Assembly (NCBI RefSeq): GCF_009914755.1
Contig: NC_060932.1
Source: the human T2T-CHM13v2.0 reference genome, Homo sapiens
Direction: 5' to 3' (one strand)
DNA length: 64,000 nucleotides
Shown: positions 16,752-31,330 of the stretch, in pieces
How positions within the stretch are numbered: the stretch's first letter is position 1
Layout of the letters: each line of letters begins with the position of its first letter
Program-made: the position numbers and the translations under genes
Notes under the pieces: model-generated
The model's input: the letters and a program-made list of their open reading frames with translations, nothing else
Told to the model about the DNA's origin: nothing
Databases searched by the model: none

Positions 16752-18404
16752 TTGTTGAGAAATGCCACAGATATTGAAGTCATCCTTGAGATGATTTATT
16801 ATTCTAGCATGCGTTGAAAGGATAAACTGGGCAAACATGTCAGGTTTGAACAGATCAGGGGAAAGTGGGTCTTGAAAGTGCCCTCGCAGAGCTGGAGAGC
16901 CGGGGCCAGGATGTCACCGAGAGCCACCACGTGTCATCCTTTCAAGGGGCTTTCCCATACCTGAGGCCTGATGCTTGCTCGAGGAAGCTGAGTCCCCAGA
17001 GGCATTTGCAGCCTGTGTACACCTGGAAATTAAAGGTAGTATCTGGCTCCTTTTCTTTTAGCTGAGTCAAAGGCAGAGTTGGTGCCTGATCATTTACTTT
17101 AATTTCTAACAACATGGGGGCTTATGCAGTCCCTGCTACAATCACATGATCTCCAGCTGATAGGGGAGAGGGCAGGAGGCAGGAACTCAGGCTCTGGAAA
17201 GCAGCACTTCACTGGGAGACAATGCGCAAGAGTAGCTGTCATTTTTATGTCCAAATTGCTCAGCTCTGGAAGGTTCTGTCAGGGCAGGAGGCCGAGGAAG
17301 GTTGAAAGCAGGAATTGTTTTGCTCTCTTGGGCATGGTAGCAGATTGAATACCAACAATAGCACATACACTTAAATCATTCCATTGGGCTGGAGATGTTT
17401 TAGCCCAAGGTCACTTATTTCCAGTTTGAAGTAAAATGATCTAAGTTGTTGCCTTAACATTTTCAGATGCATTTTTGAGTTGAGCTTTGGCCATGCTGTC
17501 AGGCAGGAGCTTTGAGAAATGTTGTTAGCTTTGGAAACTGCTCCTTCTGCAAGGACCTGCGTGGCCTGGAGAGGTTAACCCATTTCCCAAGGCTCCTCTT
17601 TGGGCCGGGAGACCTCGGTGCCCCTCTGACCTGCTTTTGTCCTGGTTCCTAGTTCGAGCCCACGGAAGTCTTTCACCTTTGCTTTTCTGAAGGACTTTCA
17701 AAAGTCTGGAAAAAAACAATAAACAAAACCCAAACACACACACGTGGGGTCAGATTTCTGCATTTGGATGCTGCTTTGACCACAATAATGTCTATTCCTT
17801 AGAAATGTGCCACTGCCTTTTATTTTCAATGGTCAATTTTAACACAAGGAGATTTGGTGTCTGAAATACTAAATGTTTGCAGGCTGTGATGATCTCAGCC
17901 CAAGAGTGATGGGAACAGGCCCAGAAGAAGGGGTGCCCATGGGCATGACCCCTGGTTCACTCCCCACCCCTTGGGAATAAACTTCCATCCTCGTTTCTTT
18001 GTTGGGGACTCCACAAGCAAATGGAAGGTGGTAAAGTTTGAGCCTCCTATAAAAGTCTTCTTCCCTCTCCTGGGTGAGACAGGCCTGGAGGGAGGAACTG
18101 CTTCATTGCTGAGTTATGCAGCACACACTTGCTGTGCGTCCGGAGCTGAGCTGAGCTATGTAAGATCAAGAGCAGAGGGGGCTTTGTTCTTGGCCATTGG
18201 GAGCTCCATGCAGAGATATGGAATCCCAGAGGCCTCAGATGCAGATTGAAGAGGATTTAACAAGGCCCGTGACTTTCTGGGGACATCTCTTGCCAGGCTC
18301 AGGTATCTGGTGGGCACTAGGTATGTATTCACTCCAAGAGTGGTACTGAGAATGTCCCCTTTAGGCCCAAAGATGAACTTTGAATTTTGAAATGAACTTC
18401 CAAA

Positions 18405-18602
18405 ACATATGTTTAATGTGTAACAACCAGCTCTTGGGGTTGGGGAGAAGCCCTGATTTTGTATTGTTTGCCAATTTCTGTGGTATAAATACTCTCACCA
18501 TGGCTGATTTGAAGCTAGCAACATCATGTCAACTGGCTTGCAAATTTTCTGAAAATTAACAATGGGCTTTTGCAAGTAAAGTCCAGCTGCAGCTCACCAC
18601 TG
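18405..18602 (-). mobile_element. MER63-like hAT DNA transposon relic
   Basis: 'tttgccaatttctgtggtataaatactctcaccatggctgatttgaagcta...gctcaccactg'. Confidence 0.7.
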
Positions 18603-20161
18603 GCTCTAGCCCAGCATGGTATTACCGAAACTGACCTGAAGACACAGAGCTTTGGAGCCAACAGACCTGGAGAGGACTCCAGGTGCATTCTAATTCTCCT
18701 CTCTGTGTTTCATCAAACTCGTGAATAAAACCCACCTGCATGTGGGAGACATTTTAATGGGGGGACAGACTCCCTTCACTGAAGATAAATTATTATTTCT
18801 TGGTACAGTGGAAGGCAAAGAGGGAAGTGGGAATTCCACTGCACGCGTCTTTGCGAAGCACATTCTGTGTATCAGAGTCTGTGTGAGGAGCTGGGAGAGA
18901 TTCATGAGGAATATGACCTGCCCTTGTGGAGCTCCCAGTCTGAGCGGAGAGACAGACAGGACAACCAGTAACTGCAGAACAGAGCAACGTGGAAAATGTC
19001 CTGTAGTATTTGATCTAACAAAGAACTAAGGGAGGGCAAAGGAGAAATGATCAATTCAGATTTATGGAATTGGAAAAAGGCATCGTGTGTTTGATGAATG
19101 GATGTAAGTCTTCCAGCAGAAGGTCAGATGTGTAGCAGGAGTTCCCCAAACATTGATTCCCATCTAGGGTGCTTTCCACTCTAAGAATTCTGTGTCCTAG
19201 TACCAGTGTGCAGAGAAAACTGAGTAGATGCTGGATGAGCTGTGCCTACAATTATCTGCAAAATGAAAGCTAAAAAGCCAAAGGCCTATTTGTAGCTGAA
19301 TTACCAAACGCTGAGAGGATCTGCCTGGCAGGATCTGGGTTGGCTGTCCTCGCTGCCCAGAAACAGTGCACAGTTTTCTGCTATCCATCTCACTAGAGCT
19401 GGGGACTGTGGCATCCCAATCACAGGTACTAGAGGGCTGGGGGAAGTGCTGAGATGGGGGAAAATAGTGGGGGTGGTTATCTTTCCAGGAAGGATCCAGA
19501 ACACAGTGGCATTTTCAGTACCAGCTTCTGCAGTCTTTGTAGATGTGCTTCCTGCATTCCAGTGCCCTCCTGAAGGGAGGATTGGGGAACGGGCTCCAGC
19601 AGGAGGATGCAGACATCACACAGATTGGCAAGGCCCGCTCTCCTATTTATGGGGGAGAGAGTGTGCTGTGGAACCTGATGGCTGAGAACTTGTTCTTAGG
19701 GTGTGCGAGGGGGTGGGGGAAGGAGAGAGGAAAGGGAAACATCTGATTATTTGAGCCCAAGCCCAGCACCACCAAGTGAAGCCCGCCCCGCGAAAGGCAG
19801 CGTGAGCCTTCCTTATCTTGAGATTTAGGGGAGCTCTTGCAGCTTGCACCCTGGGAATTCTCCTCAACCCTCCCACACAGCAAGGAAGATGCCTGGCAAT
19901 GTGTGTTTGCCTGCCTGACTGTCTGCTGCCTGGGAGAGGCTCCCACTTCAGCATCTCTGCCAGAATCTGGAGCCCTGGATGGGTGTGTGGGAGTGGGGCA
20001 GGGAGGGGGTGCTGGGGAGGGTATTTGCTGCTCTCACTGGCCAGGGTGGGGGACATCTGTTTGGGGATGAGAGACAGAGTGAGAAGGTGCTTGAGCTATT
20101 AGCTGGTTCATCCAGCTCACTCACTCTGAGGGGGCCAGGAAGCAATGATTTGTAAGTTCTG

Positions 20162-20203
<42 letters not shown>

Positions 20204-20221
20204 CAGAGAGGGAGAGAGAGA
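20162..20221. repeat. (GT)n(GA)n compound microsatellite
   Basis: Seen directly in the sequence. Confidence 0.97.
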
Positions 20222-21290
20222 AGTCATGAGAAAGCAACTTGGGGTAAATAGGCAATACTTGTCCTTAGCAACCATTACCTTAATCCAAAGTAATTTAAAT
20301 TATTTTACAAATGTTATTTATTTGTCAAATAAATTTACAAGTATAATTACGTATAAATTGGATTGTTGGTTTTGTTGATGGCTTGTTTAAGGGATTATTG
20401 AAGAATGAAAACACTCGCTGGAACAATCTGGCCCTCCCTCCCCATTTTATTCAGAAAACAACAAGAAAAAAAATCTTTAGAGAAAAATGTTCTGTCTCCC
20501 CATTTTTTCCCACTTGTCCATTACCTCTCACCACTGCAATTTCTCTCTCTGCTTCCCTTTGATCCCCATGCCAGTTCACTCTGTTTAGTCATTCATTCAC
20601 TCACTCATTCATTCAATCAATCAGTCAACCAGTTGGTCAGTCAACAGACATATCTCAGGCACACGTGCCAGGCATTAGTATCTATGGGTGGAGGCTGTTA
20701 AGTAAGCTGATTTTCATTTTCATTTAGTCTCAGAGTTTCCGAACAGTTCATTTCACTCCCAAAAGGAGTGCACTTGCAGTCTTCTCTCGGGGAAAATGTC
20801 TGATTATCTGAGCCAGCAAAGGCAGCTGGGATGCCCTGGAGGTTTCCTGCATCCTGCCGGGCTTGGCCAAGATGACACCAGGGGCTCTCGCCGATGCTGA
20901 GATTCCATGGTTTTGTTGTTATAATTTTTAACGTAATTGAATAGACACGAAGGAAGGACTGTGGTCCCTAAATTAGATTTTCCCCCTTAACTCCCAAGTG
21001 ATCAATTCCAGTAAAGTCAAGGCCAGACAGGCTCCCTGACTCACGACTCACGCTGAGCTCTGCCTTCTCTCCAGTGTTTGACTACCTGAGAGCTGTCTAG
21101 ATTGAGCTGAAGGAATTCAGAAAAGGGCAGTATGAATTCTTCAGCGTGGAGGCCGACTTTGTGGAGAGGAGGCAGGGCCTATGTCGATGCTGCTCGCTCT
21201 ATTTTCAGGGCTTGGCACCATTCATCCTCAAAAAGGCTACGGGTCCTCACTCAGAATTAAAGGTAATGATTAAAAATTACGGGCAGGACA

Positions 21291-21612
<322 letters not shown>

Positions 21613-22777
21613 TCAAGCACAAGGCTAGTTTCTCATCGGAGATCCTGCAGCCTCGCTGAGTCACACCAGGCAGAAGGAAGCAGAGTTTCACTTCAGGCCA
21701 CATCGGTTCGCTCTAACAGGCAGGTTTTGGCATCCCCACGAGGCGTGTCTGCACTCTGGGAACCTGCGAGAGTAAGCTCCATGCTGGCTACCCTGATAAT
21801 GTGAACCCTCTGCCTGCTGCCCCAGCTGCACTGGTTGCTGGGGAAAGCCTGCGTTTTGGGTGTGCCTAGGGCCAGGGCTCAGACCATTATCTCCCTGCAG
21901 CCTTGCATGCCTTCCCTTGCCTGGCTACCATTCTCATCAGAAAAAGCAGGATTCTTGCTTTAAGTCCTGGTGATTTACATGGAGAATAATAAGTTCTGGT
22001 TTAATCATCCCTCCAAAGATGAAGAAATTCTCCACCGAGCCCACTCTTCTCTTGACTTCTGTTCAGAAATCAAGTATTAATATAAATCGAAGCTCTCTCC
22101 TTCCTCCCATGCCAGAGGCTGTTCTGCAAAGCTGCCATTCATAGGGAGAACTGGCGATGAAGTGTCTGTCAAAAGGACTGTTTTTACAATTGGGACCTGC
22201 CTGTAGTGGTGATGAGGTAATTTCTTCTTAAGCTTCTGGTATCCAAGGAGAGAAAAAAGAACAGCAAAACAAGCTCTGTTAATAAAGGTGTGAGAGTCTT
22301 TGGGTGTTTGCTGTTATTAAAGAGACCTTAAGGAAGGCTGCTTCTGAGCTAAAAGCAAACTTTTGTCAAAGGTTCATTTTAGAAGGTTCAAAAGACACCA
22401 GAGAGAGAGAGAACAAGAGGCAGGAAGAGGCAGGCACAGAGAGAGGGGATGAGAGGAAGAGAGGGAGCGGGCAGGAGAGCCACGCTGTGCTGGGAGTCAC
22501 ACATGCGGGCTTGGGCAGTTTGATCACTGGAAAAATGTTTTCTGTTAAGGGTTGGTGCAATGGAAGAGAGAAATCTCTCGATTTTTTTTTTTAGGATGTG
22601 CTTTTGCTGCTGCTGCTCTGTCCGCCTAGAATGCTCTTTTCTGCCCATCTTTAACCCATCTTTTCTAAATGGCTCAGTTCAAATGGCCCCTCCTCTGTGA
22701 AGCCTTCTTTGATATCCCCAGTGAGATACATAATTGTTTCACCTTCTGTAAGTCAATAGTAGTTTTTTTCTTTAAAA

Positions 22778-23770
<993 letters not shown>

Positions 23771-24043
23771 TAATTTAATTTAATTTTTAAATGGCATTTA
23801 TAACATGCTGTCTTATTTTTAAGCTATGTGTGCATATTATATCTCCCCTGTGGAATTTGAAATTCTGAGTTTCTCTCCCTTTGGAGTCCCATTGTACCTA
23901 CAGCCCAGTGCTTGGCAGAGAGTTTGTGCTAAAGAACATTAGTTGAGAGCATCAAAAGACCAATGCTACCTTATTGTCTTGAGTGGGCACTCCTAGACCT
24001 CTCTCTCCTTCCATACCATACCCCCAAAAGGCTCAACAGCAAT

Positions 24044-24347
24044 GTTTTGTTTGTTTGTTTTCTTACAGACAGGGTCTTACTCTGTCACCCGGGCTGTAAA
24101 GTAGTGGCATGATCATAGCTCATGGCAACCTTGAACTGTTGGGCTCAAGCAATCCTCCTACCTCAGCCTCCCGAAGTGCTGGGACTACAGGTGTGCACCA
24201 CCACACCCAGCTAATTTTTAAAGTTTTTTGAGAGATAGGGTCTTGCTATGTTGCCCAGACTGGTCTCAAACTCCTGGTCTCAAGCAATCTTCCTGCCTCA
24301 GCCTCCCTAAGTGCTTGGATTATAGGCATGAGCCACCATGCCTGGCA
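24044..24347 (-). mobile_element. AluJ
   Basis: Diverged dimer with (TTTG)n tail. Confidence 0.92.
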
Positions 24348-24984
24348 TCTAGGGCAATTCAACCTAGTCCATGTTGTCAAGGGGAGATGAGCACAAAGGG
24401 ATTGGTATCAGCAATTTTAGGCTTGTCTTAGCCTTGAACGAGGCCCTCATCTTCTCCTGGCTTGAGCCTCTGCTTCCTTTTGGGAAACACATTTGAAACA
24501 CCTTTCCTGAAACAGAAAAGCTGACCCAATCTTAAAAGAACAGAAGGCCAGGACAGAAAGAGTGAGGAGTGCAGGAGACAAGTCATGCAAGAATGGAAGC
24601 TAGTATTTAGATTTTTTATCCTGTTAACTTTCTGGATGTGTGTGTCATCCTTGTTAGTAGGCATCTTCTGATAAAGGTGGGGTTGGTAATGGGGTGGGGG
24701 TCAGGGGACTGTGGAAGTCTTGCTATTAATCATACTAAGCATCTTTTCTCACCTTCTTCCCCCAAGTCGTCCCTGTGGAAGATTTGCCTATTATGCAACT
24801 CAGGAACAATAAGGGAAGCCTGGCTAAAATTTGGCTTAGAATCTTGGAGAACTAACTGTAACTTTATGCTTGGTCTGTAATAGCTATTTTTGGAGTTACT
24901 TTAGTTAGCTTGGCTCCTAACCCTGCCCTTTCCCTTTGTTCTCCTACAGCCATTTGTAAGAGAGGATCATGGAATGAATACGGG

Positions 24985-25145
24985 CATTGAGTCAAGCAGT
25001 CTGTGTTCCACTGGCGGTGTGACCTGGGGCAGGCCATTTCACCTCACTGAGCCTTAGTTTCCTCACCTGTAAAATGTGAAAAATATCACCTTCCTTACCA
25101 GTCTTTTCTGAGGATTTAATGACATCATGTTCAGTGCCCAGTATG
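24985..25145 (+). mobile_element. MIR
   Basis: Core 'tgtgacctggggcaggccatttcacctcactgagccttagtttcctcacctgtaaaatg'. Confidence 0.85.
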
Positions 25146-25999
25146 GGTGGATAATACCCAGGAGTTTCCTCCTCTTCTCCTCCTAAGTTGACTTGATGCC
25201 CCCCGCTGAAGATCATGGCTGAACTGGCTCAATTCGGATCCAGGACTCCTGGCTTTGTCTCTTCCCTAGTTGCCCACCACACCCATGGACACCCTTAGGT
25301 AGTTTATCCTTTTGGGACAACTGGATTTATTAGAAAAGGGTATTCTGGGGTGGAATAAGGCCCTTTTCAGTCCCCATGGAGCCTTTTTGGAAGATGAAGT
25401 TCTCAAACCCACAAGAGAATTCATAAGACGAGCACACCACCCACAGTTAGGTTTCCCTCTCAAGTGCTTTATCTCCACGTGGGGCAAATAGCTCTTTGTC
25501 TGCATATGTTATTGGAGCTTTTGGAGTCCAGCCTTCAGAAGAGCTCTAATTTTTGGATTCATATCAGTTTATTAGAGAAGCCTAGTTCTAAGGATTAGCA
25601 AATGGGTAGGTGCTCAGCCAGCCCAGAACAAGCAGAGCCATGACAGAAGTTTCTGGAATCTCACAGAGTCGGTGTCTTCATGGACTCAGGGGGCCTAAAT
25701 CCAATAGCCTGGATTTGTCACTTTCCCTTATTCCCTTATCAAACTCTTCCCTTTTGGACATCAGAGAAGGAAAGTACTTCCTGTAAGGGGGCAATTTGCA
25801 AAGCTTCATGGAAGTGGCATTTGAGTGTGGCCTTAAAGGATGTGTAGGATTGGGAACCATAGATATTTAGAGGAAGGCATTCCTGGCAGAAGGAACAGCA
25901 GCAAAACACAGAAGTGGAAATTAGTAGCAGCATTAATGGAGAATAATTTGGGGAATAAGATATACAAATGGAATAATAAAAATAGCATTAATTAAACAT

Positions 26000-26516
26000 T
26001 GTGGGAGTCATTCTGTAAGATGGCCCCTGGTGATCTCCGCCTCCTGTTCTTCATGCCTTATGTAACCGCTCTCCTTGAGTGTGGTCTGGAATTACTGACT
26101 CACTTTCAATGCACAGAATGTATCAGAAGTAATGGGATATTCCTTCTGAGAATAGATTATAAAAAAAGAGTGTGGCTTCCTTCCTGGCATTTTCGCTTGC
26201 TCTCTCTTTAATTGTGTGCTCCAAACAAAGCCAGCTGCCATGTTGTGAGGAAGCCCTGTGTGGAGGACCACATGGTGAGGACGGAGGCCTGCCAACAACC
26301 ACATGGTGAGCTTAGACGCACCCCTCCCCAGTTCCAGCCAAGCCTTCAAATGGGACCACTTGACCAACTGCTTGACTACAGTCTCATGAGAGACTTTGAA
26401 GCAGAAGCTAAGCTCTGTCCAGATACCTGACCCATACAAATAATGTGAGATAACTGCTTGTTGCTTAAATCACCAAGTTTGGGGATAACTTGTTTGCAGC
26501 AATAGATAACTAACAT
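26000..26516 (+). mobile_element. MaLR LTR (MLT1E/F-like)
   Basis: 'tgtggg...aagatggcccc...ctccttgagtgtgg' start; 'gcagcaatagataactaaca' end. Confidence 0.85.
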
Positions 26517-26519
26517 AAA

Positions 26520-26720
26520 CACTTACTATAATGTGCCAGACACTGTGATAGGTCCTTCATAGATCTGATATTTAATCAACAATATTAGGTGGGTATTATT
26601 ATCCCTTTTTTTTTTCAATTGAGAAAACTAAGGTTTAGGCATCTGCCTAATTCCTGTTACTATCTAGTAAGTGAAGGATCTGGATACGAACGTAGGTCGT
26701 CTTATTCCTGGGTATATGCC
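26520..26720 (-). mobile_element. MIR
   Basis: 'tattattatccc...gagaaaactaaggtttagg'. Confidence 0.7.
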
Positions 26721-28589
26721 CTTAACATGGACTCTCTACATTCTACAAGCAGTGCCCATGGTTACAGTTTGGTCCACTCCTGCTGCCCCCTGTGTTGCCC
26801 CGCCCCACCTTCCCTGAAGTCTGAAGCCACCCAGCCCTCATGTCTCAGCAGGGCCTGGAAGGAGCCCTGGGGATTCCTCTTAAGTGTTTTGAGCAGAGTC
26901 TCACTCTCCATGCTCAGCTGCCTCAGCCAGGCTGTGCCACCTACATCCAGCTCCATCCCTCCGTGGACAGCTGTGGCCTGGCCCCTAGGAACATAGCCTC
27001 TTGTCCTTGCCTCCTTGCCACCCCTTACCCTTGGCACTTTCTGGGGTCTTAGAAGCCCTGGATAGTGGTGTAACCCTCGGGTGGGGTAACGGTACCCTTT
27101 CTCTGACCCTGGGCTGGAGGTTACTTCCTTGGAGGCCATATCATCTCTTTTAGGACCCCCAAAATACAAATTTTCCATGGATTTATATCATGGGGCTAGG
27201 GGAACCCAGAGGGTCCTGCTCCCACTCTAGGGGACAGAGAACCCTAACCCTGTGGGTCCCTCCCTGGTCTGCCCAGCCTTACTCTTCTTCCTCCACAGTT
27301 TCACTGGATAGTGGTTTGTTTCAGGGCATTCCCGGGAGACTTAAGCTTGCCACTGCCCCTCAGTCATGTGAGAGATCCCCTCCTTGGGCCTTTGCAGGGA
27401 GGCAGGGGTGGAGATGTATGGGATGCTACGTGCTCAGTCCTGGGAGACCGTGGAATTCCTTCAGATCACAATATCTATTGGCAATGTCATCAAGACCTTT
27501 GGCACATTGGCTGAGTCTCAAGAGGTCTATAAATGAATGATTATATCTGGCTAATATTAAAAACAAAGAAACATACTAATTAAACCGAACCTGAAGAGTT
27601 AGAACTGACCCTTCCATCTCTGTTCTCTGTTAACCCTTGGCAGGAATGAGCAGTGCCCTATGGCACAGAATGAGCTTACAATGGGCAGATCAAGGTCCCA
27701 AGGCAAGCTTTCCCTGGTGGCAGGAGAACTGGGCACTTGTCCCGGCTCCACCACCTGCTGTCTGGATAATCCTAGGAGGTTCACCTCACTCCCTGAACCT
27801 GCTTCCTTTTATATTAAACAGGAGGCTGGAGCAAGTCACCGCCAAGGTCCTTCTAATCTCGACTCTGCGGTTTTATGGGACTTTGTTTAATAATTGTTTC
27901 TAGGGCTGGCCGATGAGCAGGGTACTCCCCTTTCTGTTCTGTGATCCTCTCCTCTGCTCACGGGCTCCCCGATCCCTCTGCCTCTACCAGAACCAATGTT
28001 GCTTTATCTGAGCCACGGTTTCACATTGAAGTGCTCTGTGAGTCAGAGGCTGAAGCACTCAAGGCCCAGCAACAAAGTCTTGGGTAAAGGAGCAACATCT
28101 TCTGGTTTCCCGGATCATTCTCAACAAGCCAGGTGTTTTCTTTCAGAGGCACACACAATGTACCAGTCTCTAAACACCTGCAACAGCCCTCCTAACGCCC
28201 ACTGGGAAGTGGGGAAAGGTGTGGCACAGTGACTGACCTTTAGCCAGCTCCCTCCTTCTAGGAATCAGGTGCCATGCTGGGGACGATCCTATGTGTAGAC
28301 TCCATTTTATAGAGATGGGAAGTCAGAAAATGCTAGAATCAAGACTTAAAACTCAGCTTTTTGATTCTCAAGTTCATGAGAGCAGACATTATTTCATTAA
28401 TTCACTCCATACATATTTATTAAAGGAGTCTCAATGGATAATCTGAGTTGGCTTCAGGGTGGTTTATGAAGCAGAGAAGTAAAATGCTTTACTAAGTCAC
28501 ATGGCTAGAGAATGCATTTAACTTGCATTATACATTTAGACACCTTTCTCTGGTAGGACTGACTCAGAGCCCATTTAAAATAAATTCAA

Positions 28590-28905
28590 GGCCGGGTGTG
28601 GTAGCTCATGCCTGTAATCCTAGCACTTTGAGAGGCCAAGGCAGGAAGATAGCTCGAGTCCAGGAGTTTGAGACTAGCCTGGACAACACAGTGAGACCCC
28701 CGTCTACAAAACAACAAAATAAAATAAAATTAGCTGGGTGTTGTGGCATGCACCTGTGGTCCCAGCTACTCAGGGGGCTGAGGCAGGAAGATCTCATGAG
28801 TCTGGGAGGTCGAAGCTGCAGTGAGCCTTGATTGCACCACTGCACTCCAGCCTGGGCAACAGAGCAAAACCCATTTTGAAAAATCAAAAATAAAAATAAT
28901 AAAAT
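28590..28905 (+). mobile_element. AluJ
   Basis: Dimer; TSD 'aaaataaattcaag'. Confidence 0.95.
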
Positions 28906-30299
28906 AAATTCAAGAAAATGACAGTTGGGCTCCTCTGTCTTCGTCTGGTTTCTAACAGGACTTCTCCTATTCCAATGGATGTTCTTTGGCCTCCAAAACA
29001 GCAGCCCCACCTGGTATTGAAGGGCCGGTGTGTAAACAACCTTCCTTCTATCTTATCCTGGCTGGCTTTATCAGATTTGACTCACTCCCTGGAGCCCCTT
29101 GCAAGGACTGGGCTGGGATTGCAGGGCTGAGCAGGAACCGGCTTCTCTAGCCTCTTCAGGGAAGGGCCTTCTAAACTCCACTCTGCCCCATACCCTCCAG
29201 CTAGAAACCCAGCCTCCTGCCTTTGGGGAATATAGCCCCAGTAAGGGCTCAGTGTCTTTTCCACAAGCTCTTTTCCTATGGCCTTTAGGGGCACATGACT
29301 TTGAGGAAACCAGACAGCTGGGGGGGACATGAGAATCAGGGCCAGTGCTTGCAGGAAAGAAAGCAAACGCTCTGAATGTGAGCCAGATGGCAGGTCCCCC
29401 ACACAAGGCAGGGGGCTCAAGAACACTTCCTTTCATGCTAGCAGTACTAGCTGCTCCCGCCTTTGTGAAATGCATTTTTGAAAGCAGAACAAATGATCAT
29501 TTAATTTGAGAAGCCCACACCTCTTAATACTCATAGTATTTTCACCATCATCCTGGCCCCTGGTCAGCTGGAAGAGCAGCAGGGGAGGGGAAGCATCACT
29601 TTGGTTTCTACCTCCCAGCTGGGGCAGGTGCAAGGCAGCGCACTCCATCAGCTCCTTGCCCAGAAGGGCAAAATGATGTCTCCTTTCTCCCTCTCTTCCT
29701 CTTTCCCTCTCTCCCTCCCTCCTTCCTTCCCTCTTTCCTTTCCTCCCTTCCAACATTTTTTGAGTGAGGATCTTCTGCCAGACATTGTGCAAAATTCGGG
29801 GAATCCAAGGTACAGAGAGGAGGCCTGGCTCTGCCCTCCTGGCCCTTCCAGTCCAGTGGGGAGGAGAGGCCTCTTGCCAAGACATGGCAGCTGTGAGGAA
29901 TGCTACAAAGAGTTTCTGGGTCCTGCGGGGTGGAGTGACTGGAGTGACTGAAGTTACCCGCCTGGGTGGGGTGGGAACAGGACAGGCTGTCCTGGAAAAG
30001 TGATGTTTGGGCTGATACCAGAAGGGGCAAACGCGGGATGGAAGTGAGGGCATCCCAGGTAGAGGAGAGGGCCTGGGCAATGGCTGTGAGGGAGAGCTCA
30101 GGAAATGGGAAGGCCACCAGTGTGGCCCAGGGCAGAGAGGTCAGGGGACCAGGCAGGAGACAGGATGTGGGGGGAGGCCAGTGCAGAGCACCTGGGCCAC
30201 AGCCACGGGTCAAGTTCGTGTTTATACTGGGAGCCTGGGGAAGCCGGCGAGAGACTGGAGTAGGAGTGGCCTTCAGGTCTTGGGGCGCCCAGTACAGTG

Positions 30300-30900
30300 C
30301 AAGTGATGGGCTGGGGCCCCTCCGCCCTCCTTGTCAAGCAGTGTCCACGGATAAGGGCGTCCCGGGGCGGGGGGGGGACGTGGGCGAGGAGATGGTGGAG
30401 CTGGGGGAAGGGACAGGGACAGAAGGCAGAAGAGTCACCCTCAGCGTCACCTTCTCTCCCCTCCCTACTCCGGAGGCCAAGCGCCCCAGCGGGAGGCTTC
30501 CCTGCCCGCCTCGGCCTCGCTTACACCGCAGGTGCTGTGAGTCACCCACCTGCGTGGTGAGTCAGGGGAGGAGGCCGAGAAGGCAGGTGGGCGGCGCGGC
30601 AGGGCGCCGGGCTTCGCGGGGAGGGGAGCGCTGTCTCCCCACGCGCCCCTCCCCCACGAGCGGCTTCCAGAAACCCGTTTGCCCATCCCCGGCAGGAGGC
30701 CTCCGCCCGGCTTCTCGCTCCCTCTTCCCTCTCCCCGACCCCCTCCCGGGCTGTCAGCCGACTGCCACCGTCACCATGGCTACGCGGCTCCCGCTCAGTT
30801 CCACAGTCAGCAGGAGTCGAGCAGGGGAGGCGGCTGTCTCCTTGGTCTTCCTGCTGCACCGGGTTCTTTGAAAATCAGCTCCTGACTGCATGTTGCGGAT
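30300..30900. promoter_or_regulatory. CpG island / promoter-like element
   Basis: High GC with many CpGs in non-repeat DNA; GC boxes, two TGAGTCA, three CAGGTG/CACCTG, X-box-like motif at 30770. Confidence 0.75.
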
Positions 30901-31129
30901 TCCAGGCCCAGCCCCCTTACCTGGAAGGCTCACCTTGAAAGACGGCAGGATGAGACCAGGAAACGGGGCCACAGGCATACCAAGGAAGCTTATTTTGCCT
31001 GGCTTCCCTTTTTAAGCACGGATGCATACCGGTGTGTTGGACATGACTGATGAACCAAGATTTGAGGAAGGCCACCCACTGAGTGACTGGAGGTAGACGT
31101 GGAAGGCTTTGGTTGCCATAGGCAACTTG

Positions 31130-31330
31130 GGGCCAGAAAGACCTGGATTCAAATTCTGGCACTTATCAAAGGGATAAACTGGGACAAACAATTTTACCTT
31201 GCTGGGCCTCAGTCTCCTCATCTGTAAAATACGGATAATCCCCCCTTGGTAGATTGGGATGAGGATTAAAGATAATGCATGCAAAATATTTGGCACGTAG
31301 CAGGTGCTACCAAATGCTTATTGTTGTTGT
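31130..31330 (+). mobile_element. MIR
   Basis: 'gggcctcagtctcctcatctgtaaaatacggataat...gaggattaaagataatgcatg'. Confidence 0.85.

Noticed and set aside
29966-30871. Longest ORF (301 aa) as a protein-coding gene
   Set aside because: GTG start in L2-like sequence, stop-poor only because it crosses the GC-rich island, and no recognisable domain. Only the last 31 codons were kept as a lead.
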